Origin: Candidatus Curtissbacteria bacterium RIFOXYA1_FULL_41_14
GTDB taxonomy: Bacteria; Patescibacteriota; Microgenomatia; Curtissbacterales; GWA2-41-24
Length of the DNA stretch: 64,000 nt
Direction: 5' to 3'
Assembly (NCBI GenBank): GCA_001775095.1
Contig: MFCA01000025.1
Coordinates: 181,232-245,231, forward strand
Positions 62,740 to 64,000 of the stretch are shown one piece after another. The notes below the pieces were generated by a model, which ran no database searches, was not told the DNA's origin, and was given only the letters and a program-made list of their open reading frames with translations. Within the stretch, counting starts at the first letter, position 1. Each line of letters opens with the position of its first letter. The translations under genes were made by a program, and so were the position numbers.

Positions 62740-63426
62740 CTACAGTCTATCGTATCCGGGGAAATAATCGCGCTTGATATGTTCGGCAGGTACGCCCATT
62801 CCCGGCAGTAATTCTTCAAAATCAACCACCATCGGCTTAGGACCGGAGATATAAAAGTAGAGTTTCGCCAGATCCGGTACATATTTTCTGATTGCTATCT
62901 CGTCCAAATAGTTTGGGGGGACTATGTAGTGTATTTTCAAGTCGGAATGTCTCTTCGCAAGTTGATCGAATTCTTCTTTATATACAATGTCATTAGTTCT
63001 TGAGGCGTAAAGCAAAATCGCATTAATCGGTAGCCTTTGATAATCCAAATCCAAAAGAATCGCCCGAAATGGTGTTACCCCGATGCCGCCCGCAATAAAT
63101 ACACAGTTGCCAGTCGGATCATCAATCACAAAACTCCCTCTTGGACCTTCTGCATAAATTGTCGACCCAATTGGCAAGCCAAAAAGCACTTTTTTGAAGC
63201 TGCTTCCTCTTTCCCGGTCAAATCTTGTCGTCAGTATGATTTGCTTCTCAAACGGAGCGGAGGCAATTGAGAAATAGCGTCTTTCCCCTCTTTCATCAGG
63301 ATTTGGATGTTCAACTCGATACATCAAAAATTGTCCCGGTTTCCATCCAAAATCTTCCTCGCTGTGGAAGATAAATGAATAAACATCACTTGCTTCTTTT
63401 TTCTTGCTGATCAATCCTAAAGTCAT
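62740..63426 (-). CDS. Ferredoxin-NADP reductase-type FAD/NAD(P)-binding oxidoreductase; the track ORF extends to a TTG at 63444, and the ATG at 63426 is preferred
   Basis: RYFSIASAP (the RxYS FAD-binding motif), GGIGVTPF (NAD(P)-binding GxGxxP) and a C-terminal YISGPKPMV. Confidence 0.7.
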   Translation of the reverse strand: MTLGLISKKKEASDVYSFIFHSEEDFGWKPGQFLMYRVEHPNPDERGERRYFSIASAPFEKQIILTTRFDRERGSSFKKVLFGLPIGSTIYAEGPRGSFVIDDPTGNCVFIAGGIGVTPFRAILLDLDYQRLPINAILLYASRTNDIVYKEEFDQLAKRHSDLKIHYIVPPNYLDEIAIRKYVPDLAKLYFYISGPKPMVVDFEELLPGMGVPAEHIKRDYFPGYDRL

Positions 63427-63435
63427 AACGTATAA

Positions 63436-63547
63436 GAGTTTCAAACTCTGTCATTCCGCACTTGCTCGCCCTGAGCAAGGTCGAAGGGATGCGGAATCTA
63501 TACAAATAAGTTTCCAGCTGGATTCTCACTTTCGTGAGAATGACATG
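63436..63547. repeat. Cluster of TGTCATTCCG-family hairpins upstream of the FNR-like gene
   Basis: AGAGTTTcAAACTCT; TGTCATTCCGCACTTGCTCGccctGAGCAAGgtcgaagggaTGCGGAATC; GATTCTCACtttcGTGAGAATGACAT. Confidence 0.55.
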
Positions 63548-63567
63548 AGGATTTTGGTTTCAGTCCT

Positions 63568-63735
63568 CTTACTCCTTTTCCTCTTTCAACTTTTGAAGAA
63601 GCTTCATGGTATTTTCCTTTGCTTCTTCGGCTGATTGGCCAGTCACTTTAGCCGCATCTTCAAAAGATTTATCGGTAATATTGGCCGGAAAACCATGATC
63701 TTCATCCGGCATTTCACACCCGCAGTTATAGCACA
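63568..63735 (-). CDS. Small 55-aa Cys-motif protein (MCYNCGCEMPDEDHGF...), not in the ORF track
   Basis: Manual minus-strand translation: MCYNCGCEMPDEDHGFPANITDKSFEDAAKVTGQSAEEAKENTMKLLQKLKEEKE. Has a CxxCxC motif followed by H. Lies between the FNR-like gene and the hydrolase. Confidence 0.35.
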
Positions 63736-63760
63736 TAAATGTTACACCTCCTTTCGAATT

Positions 63761-64000
63761 TTATTTTAAGTATTTATCAAAAAATTCAACTGACCTTTGC
63801 ATGGCCAGATTAAAACTTGCCCCTGAAATATTGTGATCTGCTCCATCATAGGTGTAATACTCAACTGTTTTACTTGCAGCCTCCAGCGCAGCCTTTAAAC
63901 TTTCGGAAAATTCGGGAGGCACCGATTCATCGGCAAGACCATGATGAAGCTGTATGGGGCCCGAAATATCGGCAACAAAACTAATGGGAGCTATCGACTT
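63761..64000 (-). CDS. Alpha/beta-hydrolase (dienelactone-hydrolase / S9-like) C-terminal fragment; the gene continues beyond the window end
   Basis: Manual translation: ...KSIAPISFVADISGPIQLHHGLADESVPPEFSESLKAALEAASKTVEYYTYDGADHNISG..., which is the catalytic His region (H-G-x-x-D, then a later DH) of an alpha/beta hydrolase. Confidence 0.5.
   Translation of the reverse strand, partial: KSIAPISFVADISGPIQLHHGLADESVPPEFSESLKAALEAASKTVEYYTYDGADHNISGASFNLAMQRSVEFFDKYLK

Overview
This 64 kb window is low-GC and gene-dense, and most genes are on the minus strand. The gene content (truncated AlaRS, IF-2 and HrcA, weak Shine-Dalgarno signals, many cell-envelope genes) is typical of a reduced-genome Patescibacteria/CPR-like bacterium; that is an inference from gene architecture, not a database result.

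Conserved minus-strand operons:
- sortase (partial), PilM-like fusion, proline-rich protein
- alaS, DUF948/YtxH, RodZ-like, ftsK
- Lon ATPase-only ORF coupled to a membrane ORF
- nusA, infB, DHH-like, rpsO, pnp
- hrcA, grpE, dnaK, an unknown ORF, dnaJ
- lepA, murJ, LCP, tpiA, trxA

Other coding content:
- pcrA/uvrD and an AddA-like helicase-nuclease
- FemX, PBP1A, D-Ala-D-Ala carboxypeptidase
- GT2, GH18, a type IV pilin, metG, HAD, tatD, rmuC, a DUF2207 protein
- three PIN/antitoxin pairs

No rRNA, tRNA or CRISPR array was recognised.

The most unusual content:
1. A family of GC-rich palindromic mini-elements inserted in-frame into conserved housekeeping genes (lepA, metG, pcrA, AddA-like), reminiscent of Rickettsia palindromic elements.
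2. A second MITE-like family (TGTCATTCYG...GGAATC) in intergenic DNA and inside CDSs.
3. A triplicated secreted-protein paralog locus (49.9-53.8 kb), interleaved with VapBC and Phd/PIN modules, with swapped middle modules including a dockerin-like repeat.
4. An hrcA promoter with an overlapping CIRCE-like operator plus tandem palindromes in the leader.
5. A recurrent AT-rich quasi-palindromic element upstream of several minus-strand operons.
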